Assembly (NCBI GenBank): GCA_947459525.1
Contig: CANHDW010000001.1
Coordinates: forward strand, 3,714-67,713
Direction of reading: 5' to 3'
DNA from: Candidatus Caenarcanales bacterium
GTDB lineage: Bacteria > Cyanobacteriota > Vampirovibrionia > LMEP-6097
DNA length: 64,000 nt
Made by a program: the position numbers and the translations under genes. The stretch's first letter is position 1; each line of letters begins with the position of its first letter. Of the stretch, positions 29,401-38,678 are shown piece after piece. Under the pieces are notes generated by a model, which saw only the letters and a list, made by a program, of their open reading frames with translations, did not search any database and was not told the origin of the DNA.

Positions 29401-30872
29401 ATTTTATTCTGCGTCAATTCATCATATTTCGAAATAAGATATTTATTAGCTTCAATAAAATTAAGCTTCTCTGCATCTTCAGTAAACATTTTCAAATAAT
29501 TCTGAGAAACCTTCACGGATACCTCATCATCACTTAAGTAATTTAAAATCTGTTGTTCTTGATTTGCATTTAAATCTAATCTAAGCCCTTGCTCTAAAAT
29601 CTTTAATTTATCGAGTTCTCCTTCCTGAGTAAGGTTCAGAACAGTCTCTGCAAAAAGTATATCCTGCTCAGTAAGATTATTCTCATCAAGCAAACTTTCA
29701 AAAATCTTCGCTTGAGCTTCACCATTAAAAGCTGCTAGTAAACCTTTATTCTTATCAAGAAAATCTAGCTTTCCTTGATTCTCTCCTAAATCCAAAATAT
29801 CAAGATAGGCTTCAGCGATATGAGAGTCTATCCATAAATAACTAATAAGCTGCTTTTCTTGATCAGCACCTAAATTAAGATTTTTTGTTTTATCTAAAAC
29901 CGCTAATTTATCTCTGTCACCAGCTTCTATGAAATACTGAACACTACTTGCTTTGAGTAAATCATTTTCAGAACTATTTGTTGAATCTAGTAAATAAGTC
30001 TGTAATTTCTTTTGATCATCTTCTTGCATGCGAGAAATTTCATATTTATTAGTCTCTAGATAAATTAGCTTTTCTATATCACCAGTAGAACTAGCTATAT
30101 CCATAAAGCTCTCTGCTATGGTTGCTGAAACTAACTGATTTAAAATTAACTTAAGGAATTCATTCTGCTCATCCTCTGTTAAATTAAGTTCACGCCCAGT
30201 TATTAAAACATCGACTTTATCTCTCTTCTCTGCTTTAATTAAATCAATTAAAGCCTTCGTAAACTTAGTGTCATCTTCTGTTAAGTTATCGGCATCCAAT
30301 AAAGAAGTGAATATCATCTGCTGATCAAGAGTATTTTGAGCAGAAATTACATATTTATTATTTTCTATAAATTCTAATTTTTCGAGCCCTAAATCAGTTG
30401 TAGCAGCTATCAAAAATGCAGCAACCAAATTTGCAGAAACATCAGAATCTAAAAGGTAATCTTTAAGCTGAGCCTTAGATTTATCATCTAAATCCATTGC
30501 ACTAGCTTTATGTAAGGTTGCTAATTTCTCTTGATTGTTTTGTTGCTCTAATAATTTAGCAACTTCTGTGAAATACGAGTCCGTAGCTAAATTAATATCA
30601 GAACTAGGCTCATTTACTAATTCAGCAAAAGGCTCTAAAATTAGAGGTTCTGTAACAAGAAACTCATTTACATCAAGATTAAACTCTTCTTCTATAACAG
30701 ACTCATTTACAATTGGGCTAAGTTCTAAAATCAAGGGTGCTAAAGCATTCCCCGAAATCACAGATAAATTAGCGTCATACAGAGAATTTTCAAAATCCTC
30801 TAATATATAATTATTTGGGTATAAAACATCAGTAAGACTGATGCCCTCATTGCTTATATCCACACCTAACAC
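26421..30872 (-). CDS. Large acidic protein with about 10-11 tandem ~102-aa repeats
   Basis: Recurring EKLx(F/Y)(I/L)ExNKYxIS...YL.D motif; GTG start with GGAG RBS. Confidence 0.85.
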   Translation of the reverse strand: MLGVDISNEGISLTDVLYPNNYILEDFENSLYDANLSVISGNALAPLILELSPIVNESVIEEEFNLDVNEFLVTEPLILEPFAELVNEPSSDINLATDSYFTEVAKLLEQQNNQEKLATLHKASAMDLDDKSKAQLKDYLLDSDVSANLVAAFLIAATTDLGLEKLEFIENNKYVISAQNTLDQQMIFTSLLDADNLTEDDTKFTKALIDLIKAEKRDKVDVLITGRELNLTEDEQNEFLKLILNQLVSATIAESFMDIASSTGDIEKLIYLETNKYEISRMQEDDQKKLQTYLLDSTNSSENDLLKASSVQYFIEAGDRDKLAVLDKTKNLNLGADQEKQLISYLWIDSHIAEAYLDILDLGENQGKLDFLDKNKGLLAAFNGEAQAKIFESLLDENNLTEQDILFAETVLNLTQEGELDKLKILEQGLRLDLNANQEQQILNYLSDDEVSVKVSQNYLKMFTEDAEKLNFIEANKYLISKYDELTQNKIFDFLQDSRKLTNSDLSFAEKLLHLLELGDDQGVKLLDKGRDIELNLDQEDKFLEYINDAAVSSTVADAYLVLVQCGADENKINFLEANKYVISSLGVAKQQKIIDYLKDSDEVTVNDIGFTNKLITFMKSADEKGIEILDLVRKRSLGNEKEGLFLEYLAMTDTTNKVQIDQLLKSLSVNRSGVSLSFASVFNTLLKQGDKAKLDLLIQGNLVEMDIETRNEWRAALVEKDVSVDFAKTYMNLVKSNADSDKLRFLAENKFKISEIGKDFQQKVFDYVTDSANFTDDDVSFAKTYLRLARRGDLTKLNILEQNRKTEFSAEQEQQFLSYLSDRNVSVNLIGSFLDIISSGADDEKLKYLSENKYLISSSDTVTQGKVLNYLLDLDNLTENDTVFTDTIRILLTQQDNERLDVLSRARNLDLTKEQEMKFFNYFLDNKVSLDFTETYLTLLNSQASNEKLDFIDNNKYAISLLSATVQTKVLNYLADENAVINQKQPETFSLLSKLSILEETSLLSWSETQEKQLLNYIMDNKVSADLTSTYVDLINLGSESEKLIYLEDNKYLISSYDKKFQKTLSEYLVDKENKTDLDILYVTNLSNFIQNGDSEKITVLESSRGLGLGVNGETQFFSYLADTKLSADFAKAYLDLFTFEAGSDKYDFLEKSKYSVADLSLANQNRFFDYLVDADDKLHEDLLFTKILLHFAKQGSVSKTNAMDSGFELDLDSKQERQFLRYLLDSKLSLGIAVAYAELASTNIANPVLDLLQNTQLTVSSLNIGLQEKLAEQMKAAANNSNDSLEILGLSFSLIRDYKIDKRVALELSEILQSGEALEGLQNFKQNNQLERIAVDPKSGLHDIEFQSSVQKISNLGKFLGVNVEASQATSLFIVNNMIEALRSAPLKQFENKQDRQQKILSDYQSRLDSYTTLILEELSKGDKLDQRKLELFKTKRNDIENFIQAIENSLNSITNITEKDPYIERQINEILANQSALKVF

Positions 30873-30954
30873 GCTCCGAATTTATTAAAGCAAAATATCT
30901 TTAATAAATCGTTAACGGCAATATTATCTTGAATGTGTGGGTTAAATTAGATCA

Positions 30955-32490
30955 TCAAATTACCTGCAAAGCTTTAATTATCGGCATACGTTTAGCTGAA
31001 AATTCATTTGCCTGCCTTAATATCTCAGCAAGATTTTCTTCATCAGATTCTAAAGTCTTACCCTCCTTTAGTAATTTCTGGTTATGAGAAGATAGTAATG
31101 CCCATGCTTTTTGAGACCATTCACCTGGATCAATAATGCCTAGCTTAATATATTTTATAAAAAGCCTCTCAAAGCGATTAACATGAATACCACTACCTGT
31201 AACGGGACTCACGATAAAATTAATATCATCATTACCTTCAGTTCCAGCTAAAATATGTTGATTTAATTTCACGGTTTTTCCACTGCAATTATTTATCAAT
31301 TCTTCATCCTGAGCGATGGCTATATATCCCTCAGAAATTAAGATCATCACAGCTTGTACTAAACTTTTCATGGTGACATTATCTGACTGAAGTGAAATTT
31401 CTAATTCTGCTAAAGAAAAAACTTGATGTTTAGCTAAGGCTGCCATTAAAGGAATAAAAATCGCTTCTTGAATATTCGCTCCGACAATACTACTCTTAAT
31501 CTTAGAGTCCACATCATCTTTATTTACTACCAGTAAAATACGGATTTTCCTTAATTCCTTTAACTGCTCCTGTGCAGAAAGCTTTCTAGCACCCTTAACC
31601 CAGTAATCACGCCTAAACTGCCTATTTACGATAAAATCACGCACCGATTCACGGAAATCATCATCAGGAATCTCTTTTAGAAAATTTTGCTGTTCTTGAG
31701 TTAAATTCAAAGCACTAATATGATCTGTAAAAGAAGCGGAACAAGCAAAACTTAATTTAGCAGGTTCAAGTAGTTTAACCATTTCAGCAAAATAAGTCGG
31801 CTGCCAATCACGATTAAAATACTCATGTGCAAGGTAACACTGATTTTGCCCCTTTATTCTCTTTAATTTATCTACAATTGATGGGTTCGCTCTCAAGAAG
31901 CCAGGATTCACCTCCAGTAGTGAATCAACAAAATTAAACGCTGCATCAACCCGTGATAATATACCGCGCCCTGGTGCAGCCATAACTTCAGCATGTTCAG
32001 ATAGGAGATGACGCACTGGTGCCATCGCTGACCAACCAGGCTGAGTATTATAGCTAAGATAGAGTACTCCACCCACATTTAGCTTCCTGCGAAGAAAGTC
32101 AACAATGATAGATTGATTTTCCTCACTAATCCAACTCCAGATCCCATGCAAACCAATAAAGTCAAAATTCGGCAAATCCTCTCTAGAACAGAAAATTTCA
32201 AAAGAATCATCATAAAGCTTAGCTTCAGCTCCAGAAATTGCAGCTAAATCTTGAGCAAAAGCTGCTTGTGAGGGATTAAAATCTGTACCATACCACTGAA
32301 TACTAGACCCAGCTGCATGAATATTGACAGAGATGCCTTGCCCAAAACCAAGCTCAGAAGCTGAAGAAAATTTAGGACATACTAGTCCGGAAAACAAAAA
32401 AGCCAATTTTACCGCTAACGGATTAAGTTCTGGATAATACCCGAATGTATAGCCAACATCAGCAATATATCCAGCAGTCCAATCTGACAT
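30955..32490 (-). CDS. Class I SAM-dependent methyltransferase with methyltransferase regulatory domain
   Basis: MSDWTAGY..YTFGYYPELNP, ELGFGQG, FDFIGLHGIWSW, YLAHEYFN, QFRRDYWVKG; start at ATG 32490. Confidence 0.88.
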   Translation of the reverse strand: MSDWTAGYIADVGYTFGYYPELNPLAVKLAFLFSGLVCPKFSSASELGFGQGISVNIHAAGSSIQWYGTDFNPSQAAFAQDLAAISGAEAKLYDDSFEIFCSREDLPNFDFIGLHGIWSWISEENQSIIVDFLRRKLNVGGVLYLSYNTQPGWSAMAPVRHLLSEHAEVMAAPGRGILSRVDAAFNFVDSLLEVNPGFLRANPSIVDKLKRIKGQNQCYLAHEYFNRDWQPTYFAEMVKLLEPAKLSFACSASFTDHISALNLTQEQQNFLKEIPDDDFRESVRDFIVNRQFRRDYWVKGARKLSAQEQLKELRKIRILLVVNKDDVDSKIKSSIVGANIQEAIFIPLMAALAKHQVFSLAELEISLQSDNVTMKSLVQAVMILISEGYIAIAQDEELINNCSGKTVKLNQHILAGTEGNDDINFIVSPVTGSGIHVNRFERLFIKYIKLGIIDPGEWSQKAWALLSSHNQKLLKEGKTLESDEENLAEILRQANEFSAKRMPIIKALQVI

Positions 32491-32561
32491 AGTAAAGATC
32501 ATACCCAAAAAAAACATAAAATTTTCAATTCACAAGAATATATGAGAAAATAGATAATGCC

Positions 32562-33242
32562 TTGATAGTAGCAGAAAATATATCCAAATCCTTTTACGAA
32601 GCAGATGAAAGAATTCATCTGGTATTTAGTCACCTAAGTGTAAAAATCGACCCTGGCAGTTTTACTATTATCTTTGGAGCGAGTGGCTCAGGTAAATCAA
32701 CTTTCCTCAATTTAATAAGCGGCATAGATACAATAGATACTGGTTCATTATTAGTCGGAGACATAGATCTAGCCATGGTTTCTGAAAATGACAGAACTTT
32801 ATTTAGAAGAAAAAATGTGGGACTTATATTTCAAAGCTATAACCTGATACCGACACTTACTGTAGAGGAAAATATTTTATTCCCTCTTGAATTAAATGGA
32901 ATAAACACCCCAGAGAATATTGAATTCACACTAGCTATGTTAAAGACCGTAGGCTTAATTAATCGTTTAAAAGACTTCCCAGAAAAGCTTTCTGGTGGTG
33001 AACAGCAACGAGTCGCCACAGTAAGAGCACTTGCTCATAAACCTATATACCTACTTGCAGATGAACCTACCGGAAACCTAGATCAAGAGACAGCTGAAAT
33101 AGTAATGAATCTAATTCAAACTCTCAGAGAAGAATATCAGCCTACTACCATATTAGTCAGCCATGATCAGAATCTTAAAAAATATGCTGATAGGATTTTA
33201 TATTTAGAGAATAAGCATTTTATCTCTTTAGAACATATTTAA
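32562..33242 (+). CDS. ABC transporter ATP-binding protein (LolD/AttE-like)
   Basis: GASGSGKST, LSGGEQQR, ADEPTGNLD. Confidence 0.93.
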   Translation: MIVAENISKSFYEADERIHLVFSHLSVKIDPGSFTIIFGASGSGKSTFLNLISGIDTIDTGSLLVGDIDLAMVSENDRTLFRRKNVGLIFQSYNLIPTLTVEENILFPLELNGINTPENIEFTLAMLKTVGLINRLKDFPEKLSGGEQQRVATVRALAHKPIYLLADEPTGNLDQETAEIVMNLIQTLREEYQPTTILVSHDQNLKKYADRILYLENKHFISLEHI

Positions 33243-33256
33243 GGGAAAATTCTGCT

Positions 33257-35893
33257 TTGTTAACTAAATCACTTTATCTTTCAAGTATTAGATTCTTAAC
33301 TAAGAATATTTGGCAGTTCGCCTCTTTAATAACTGGCATAGTTCTTTCAGTAGCGATTATCACCGCCACTGATCTAGCTATAGAATCTGCTAAAAAATCT
33401 TTTGAACTTTCGACTGAAATTATAAATGGAAAAGCGACTCACCATATTATCAACAATTCAGGAAAGATAGATGAAGAGCTAGTTATAAACTTGGAGAATA
33501 AGTATAAACTCACAGTAACTCCAATCATAGAAGGTTTTGTCACAAAAAATAATCGTTTACTCAAAGTAATTGGTATAGATCCTTTTAGCGATGTAGCCTT
33601 TAGAAGCATTTTCAAAGAATTTAATTCCAGAAAGCAATATAATCCCTCAGCTTTTATTAATAAACTAGAAGGTTTTTTTACCACTAAACATACCACCGAA
33701 AAATTTAAAATTCTTCCAGGTGATCCTTTCTTAATAGATCAAAATGATGAAACTTACCATCTAAAGCTTTACGGCATAATTGATTCGGACAACGATCCTG
33801 CTAGTGCGTCCCTTGATAATCTTCTATTTATGGATATCTCTACTGCTCAAGAGTTATTAAAATTACAAAACTATATAAGCAGAATAGATTTAATTCTAAA
33901 GCCAGAGGAAGAAAATGAACTCAAGAACATACTCTTCGCTATAGATCCTAGTCTAGTTTTAGTTAAATCTTCAGAACGCAATCAAGCTCAAGAATCTATG
34001 ACTAAATCTTTCAACGCTAATCTGAGTGCTTTAAGTCTTTTAGCTATGCTGGTTGGCATCTTTCTAATTTATAACACTATGACCTTTGCTGTTCTGCAGC
34101 GTCGTAAAATATTTGGCTTCCTTCGGACACTTGGCGTCAATCAAAAAGAAATATTTTCTCTAATTATATTTGAGTCACTATTATTTGCCATAGTCGGCTC
34201 ACTGATTGGTATAGGCTTAGGTTATCTACTTGCAAATGTTCTATTAAGCTTTATAGTTAGAACTATTAATGATCTTTATTTCGTTTTACAGGTAAGTCAG
34301 ATAAATATTAGCAATATAACATTCCTCAAAGCCGGATTAATCGGTGTATTTGCTGCATTATTATCGGCTTTAGTACCAGCTTACGAAGCAAGTAACAGTC
34401 CCGTTACTAAAGTTCTGAAGAACATAGATATCGAAGAAACAGTCAAAAAATACCTTCCAAAATTAAATATCGCAGGCTTAATTTTAATTTCTTTCTCTTT
34501 ACTATTATTCATGATTTTTGAAAAAAATATTTCAGCTTGTTTTTTCGGTTTGTTTAGCATGGTTATTGGCTTTAGCTGCTTTATACCATTTCTCACCTAT
34601 CATAGCGATTATATTTTAGAACCACTGTATAAAAACACTTTCGGCTTAGCTTCTTTAATATCACTCAGAAGTCTCAAGAAAAATCTTAGCCGTAATGCCG
34701 TAGCTATCGCAGCACTTACCGTCGCTATTTCTCTATACCTTTCACTAGATATCGCCATTAATAGTTTTCGTAACACTGTAGAAGACTGGCTTTCAGCTTC
34801 TTTATTTGCAGATATTTATATATCCACTCCAAAACAAGTATCGCATCGTAACCATCTAATACTAAATAATAAAGTCATAGAATTCACAAAGAACTTTCAA
34901 ACTCAAGATCTAATGGGCATTAGTGAATATCACCTGCAAGATGTAATAGGTGAACATGGCTCTACTAGAGTTGCAAGCATAAATTCTCTGCCTATAGTAA
35001 AAAATTCTTTTACCTTTAAAGAATCTACTAAAGATATTTGGAGTAAATTTGATAAAGGTAGAGGTATTATAGCTTCCGCCCCTTATGCGTATAAACATAA
35101 AATTAAATGTAACGATAAAGTAAAACTTCAGACAGATAAAGGATTACAAACATTTACCATTTTAGGAATATTTAGTGATTACAGTTCAGACCAAGGTCTT
35201 TTAATGATGCATCAAGACCTATATCGCTCACTATGGGAAGATCCTAGTTTAAGCTCGCTCGGTATTTTCTTAAAAGAGCCTACCGAAACAGAATTAAAGA
35301 AGCCTAAGGAAAATAAAATCCATCTACTAAGCAACAGAAAAAGCAATCCAAAACTAGATAAAATAAAGAATTATATCGAAGCTTATAAAACTGAAGCTGC
35401 TAATGTAAAACTTTCCCCAGTATTCTTCGAAATACGCTCAAACAAAGAACTTCTCAAAGAATCTTTAGAAATTTTTGATAGAACATTCAGAGTAACATCA
35501 GCATTAAAAATCATTGCTGTTTTGGTAGCAGCTTTTGGTATATTCAGTGCTTTACTATCACTAATTATTGAAAGAGAAAAAGAATTCGCTCTTTTAAAAG
35601 CATTAGGAATGTCTAAACAAGATATTCAAAAGTCAATTTCTTTACAAGCTTTTACCATGGGTTTACTTTCCAGCATTTTTTCAATACCGCTTGGCATCGC
35701 TTCCGCTTGGGTAATGATTTTCGTCATAAATCACCGCTCCTTTGGCTGGGATATAAATTTCTCACTCGATTTTAAAAGCATATTATTCGCAGCTCTAATA
35801 TCAGTAACAGCAGCCTTAATAGCGGCGATCTTTCCAAGTCAAACTCAAGCCAAAGTCTCACCGAGGGAGCTAGAGAAGGATGAAGCATTTTAG
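33257..35893 (+). CDS. FtsX/MacB-type ABC permease (AttF/AttG-like, duplicated domains)
   Basis: Two MacB-PCD/FtsX units; SFNANLSALSLLA, FDRTFRVT, INHRSFGW. Confidence 0.88.
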   Translation: MLTKSLYLSSIRFLTKNIWQFASLITGIVLSVAIITATDLAIESAKKSFELSTEIINGKATHHIINNSGKIDEELVINLENKYKLTVTPIIEGFVTKNNRLLKVIGIDPFSDVAFRSIFKEFNSRKQYNPSAFINKLEGFFTTKHTTEKFKILPGDPFLIDQNDETYHLKLYGIIDSDNDPASASLDNLLFMDISTAQELLKLQNYISRIDLILKPEEENELKNILFAIDPSLVLVKSSERNQAQESMTKSFNANLSALSLLAMLVGIFLIYNTMTFAVLQRRKIFGFLRTLGVNQKEIFSLIIFESLLFAIVGSLIGIGLGYLLANVLLSFIVRTINDLYFVLQVSQINISNITFLKAGLIGVFAALLSALVPAYEASNSPVTKVLKNIDIEETVKKYLPKLNIAGLILISFSLLLFMIFEKNISACFFGLFSMVIGFSCFIPFLTYHSDYILEPLYKNTFGLASLISLRSLKKNLSRNAVAIAALTVAISLYLSLDIAINSFRNTVEDWLSASLFADIYISTPKQVSHRNHLILNNKVIEFTKNFQTQDLMGISEYHLQDVIGEHGSTRVASINSLPIVKNSFTFKESTKDIWSKFDKGRGIIASAPYAYKHKIKCNDKVKLQTDKGLQTFTILGIFSDYSSDQGLLMMHQDLYRSLWEDPSLSSLGIFLKEPTETELKKPKENKIHLLSNRKSNPKLDKIKNYIEAYKTEAANVKLSPVFFEIRSNKELLKESLEIFDRTFRVTSALKIIAVLVAAFGIFSALLSLIIEREKEFALLKALGMSKQDIQKSISLQAFTMGLLSSIFSIPLGIASAWVMIFVINHRSFGWDINFSLDFKSILFAALISVTAALIAAIFPSQTQAKVSPRELEKDEAF

Positions 35894-37087
35894 ATGAAGA
35901 AAAAAAATTCGAAATTACCAATAATTTTAATATCTAGCTTAGTGCTCATTCTCGTATTTGTAAGCTCTAAATTCTTTTCAAATACACCTTTTAATGAGAG
36001 ACATTTTAAGCTTCAGAAACCTAGCGAATTACTTAAGCATGAAGAAATAGACACTAAGTTTGCTAAAGCATTAGATCCCTATGATTTCAGTTTCCCTCAA
36101 GATCATGGTAGTCACGAAGAATTTAAAACTGAATGGTGGTACTATACTGGAAACTTAGAGGATGCTAATGGTCATGAATTCGGCTATCAATTAACTATCT
36201 TTAGAAATGGATTGGAACCTATTTTTGATGCAGAAGATAAAGAAAATGTCCTCAATAATTGGCAAACCAAAGAAATCTATATGGCTCACTTTGCTATTAC
36301 TGATATTAATAATAAAAAATTCTATTCTTTTGAAAAACTAGGTAGGGAAAGCTTAGAGCAAGCAGGTGCTAGAGCTAACCCTTATAAAATATGGGTTAAA
36401 AACTGGTCTATTCAATCAAGTCCTAAAGCTACTGCTGAAAATATTTTCCCCATAATTCTTAGAGCTCAAGACAAGAATGTAAGTATGAAACTAAATTTAA
36501 AACCAGTTAAACCAGTTACATTACAAGGTCTTGATGGTTTAAGCCAGAAAAGCAGTGGTGCTGGCAATGCTTCATATTATTATTCCATCTCAAAATTAGC
36601 CAGTAAAGGAAAAATACAAATCGGCGATCAGGTATTTAAAGTTAAAGGGTTTAGTTGGCTAGATAGAGAATTTAGCACAAGTTCACTTGGAGGTACTTTA
36701 GCTGGCTGGGATTGGTTCGCTTTACAATTAGCAAACAATGTCGAAATAATGTACTATAGACTTAGAGATCAAGAAAACAACACGGACATAGTACACAGTA
36801 GTGGCGTTATAATAGATGCGGCTGGTGAAAAACATCCATTTACAGCTCAAGATATAATCCTTAGCAGTTCCGAAAAGTTTAAAAGTAAATATAGTGGTGC
36901 TGAATACCCAATTTCATGGACTATGGAAATTCCAAAATTAGATCTAAAAGTTAAAATTAAGCCTCTCCTAAAAGACCAGGAGCACCAAAATAATTATCCT
37001 TACTATGAAGGTGCTATAGAAGTTAACGGCGAGTTTAGTAAAAATAAAATCACTGGCAAAGGCTACATGGAATTAGTAGGATATTAA
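35894..37087 (+). CDS. Lipocalin-like AttH/CrtC-family secreted protein
   Basis: FPQDHGSH, EWWYYTGNL, YQLTIFR, ASYYYS, WLDREFS, GWDWF, YYEG, GYMELVGY. Confidence 0.88.
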   Translation: MKKKNSKLPIILISSLVLILVFVSSKFFSNTPFNERHFKLQKPSELLKHEEIDTKFAKALDPYDFSFPQDHGSHEEFKTEWWYYTGNLEDANGHEFGYQLTIFRNGLEPIFDAEDKENVLNNWQTKEIYMAHFAITDINNKKFYSFEKLGRESLEQAGARANPYKIWVKNWSIQSSPKATAENIFPIILRAQDKNVSMKLNLKPVKPVTLQGLDGLSQKSSGAGNASYYYSISKLASKGKIQIGDQVFKVKGFSWLDREFSTSSLGGTLAGWDWFALQLANNVEIMYYRLRDQENNTDIVHSSGVIIDAAGEKHPFTAQDIILSSSEKFKSKYSGAEYPISWTMEIPKLDLKVKIKPLLKDQEHQNNYPYYEGAIEVNGEFSKNKITGKGYMELVGY

Positions 37088-37090
37088 TCT

Positions 37091-37501
37091 ATGGCTATTA
37101 AAATCGGTACAGACCTCTGTGACCCTAAAAGAATAGAAAAAATTCTCAGACGTTACGGTAAAAAATTTATCGCCCGTATACTCACGACAGAAGAACAGGA
37201 TTATTTAGAATTTGGCTTAAATCAAAAAAATTTAAAACCATCTATCAATCACCGAATTGCAGCTAGATATGCTGCAAAGGAAGCTGTAGCTAAAGCACTT
37301 GGCACGGGTATAGGAAAAGAAATTAGCTTTCAGGACATATTAATTCTTAAATACGAAAATTCCTCCGCTCCGTATGTCAAACTAATTAACAACGCTGCTA
37401 AAGTCGCAGAGAAGTTGGGTCTTAGTAAATGGGATATATCTATCAGTCATGAAAAGACCATGAGCATAGCAGTAGTAATAGGTTATAGCGAAAATAATTA
37501 A
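37091..37501 (+). CDS. acpS: Holo-ACP synthase
   Basis: IGTDL, ARYAAKEAVAKALGTG, ISISHE. Confidence 0.93.
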   Translation: MAIKIGTDLCDPKRIEKILRRYGKKFIARILTTEEQDYLEFGLNQKNLKPSINHRIAARYAAKEAVAKALGTGIGKEISFQDILILKYENSSAPYVKLINNAAKVAEKLGLSKWDISISHEKTMSIAVVIGYSENN

Positions 37502-38564
37502 AAAAAAGACTAAATTTAAAATACTTATTATTCGATTAAGCGCACTTGGGGACATTATCCACAGTTTCCCCGCACTGAAATATATAAATGCAAATCTAGA
37601 AGCTAATGACTTAAATTACTCTATAGATTTTCTAATTTATGAAAAATTTCAAGACCTTCTATTAGAGCTTAGTTTTATAAATAAAATTCATACCCTGAAA
37701 GATAAAAAATTCAGCACTATCATCAATACTATTGGAGATCTTATTAAAGAAAAATATGACTATGTCATCGATTTTCAGGGACTGCTTAAAACTAGTTTTA
37801 TCAGCTTATTCTCGCTTGCTGAAAGAAGAGTAGGCTTTGCAGAACCTCGCGAGAAAATAGCTGGATTATTTTATAATATGAAATTAAAACAGCATTCTAT
37901 TTGGGATAAGAATTTTCATGTAGTTGAGCATAATTTTAAATTAGCAAATTTTTTTCTCGCCGAATTTTTTTTCCATGAATTCTTTCAAGGTAAAATCCCA
38001 GAAGCATATAAACCTAAAAATATTTTTCGCTCTGCTAAAAATATACCTTTACGAAAAGTAGTACTCATCCCCTGTACGACTTGGGAAACTAAATTCTGGC
38101 CTAAAGACCACTGGGTAAGCATCATAGAGAAAATCAGCGTAAAATTTCCAGCAGCTAAATTTTATCTCACTGGTACTCCTTCCGAAAAAGCTTACCTGGA
38201 ATCGATTACCCATGATTTATTACCACATAATTATCAAAAATGCACACTAATCCTAGATAAAGGACTTATTGGTTTAAGAATATTCTTCAAAGATGCTGAT
38301 CTAATATTAGGAGTAGATACTGGTCCCCTACACCTAGCTGCAGATGCTCTCTATGATTCAGACTCTGCACAAATAATTGGAATCTACGGACCAACTTCCG
38401 CAAAACGCTCTGGACCATATAGCTTTGATTACCTTAGCTATGATGAAATCTATAACTGCACAGCTAGCCATAAAAGAACCTTTAAAAAAGATGGTGGCTC
38501 TATGAATAAAATAAGCCCCGAAAAACTTTTTGAAAAGCTTTTAAGCATAGGCTTTTCACGCTAA
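37485..38564 (+). CDS. Glycosyltransferase family 9 (LPS heptosyltransferase WaaC/WaaF-like); start codon non-canonical or uncertain
   Basis: Frame is open from 37482 and encodes KILIIRLSALGDIIH and YVIDFQGLLKT upstream of the tracked ATG; GVDTGPLHLA and IYGPT downstream. Confidence 0.85.
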   Translation: MAKIIKKKTKFKILIIRLSALGDIIHSFPALKYINANLEANDLNYSIDFLIYEKFQDLLLELSFINKIHTLKDKKFSTIINTIGDLIKEKYDYVIDFQGLLKTSFISLFSLAERRVGFAEPREKIAGLFYNMKLKQHSIWDKNFHVVEHNFKLANFFLAEFFFHEFFQGKIPEAYKPKNIFRSAKNIPLRKVVLIPCTTWETKFWPKDHWVSIIEKISVKFPAAKFYLTGTPSEKAYLESITHDLLPHNYQKCTLILDKGLIGLRIFFKDADLILGVDTGPLHLAADALYDSDSAQIIGIYGPTSAKRSGPYSFDYLSYDEIYNCTASHKRTFKKDGGSMNKISPEKLFEKLLSIGFSR

Positions 38565-38578
38565 GTAAAATCAAACTC

Positions 38579-38660
38579 TGGGACTGCTCGCAAACTTAAA
38601 TTTCTGCGTTTTCTTTATCCTTGTGATCTAATCATAACGGGACTATGCAGAAGCCTAGCC
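38579..38660. repeat. Palindromic-element left part, intergenic
   Basis: GGGACTGCTCGCAAACTTAAATTTCTG matches GGGGCTGCTCGCAATCTTCAATTGATG at 56417-56443, and shares AATTTCTGCGTTTTC with the 21.5 kb copy. Confidence 0.75.
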
Positions 38661-38678
38661 GTGATAAACTTAGCTCTG

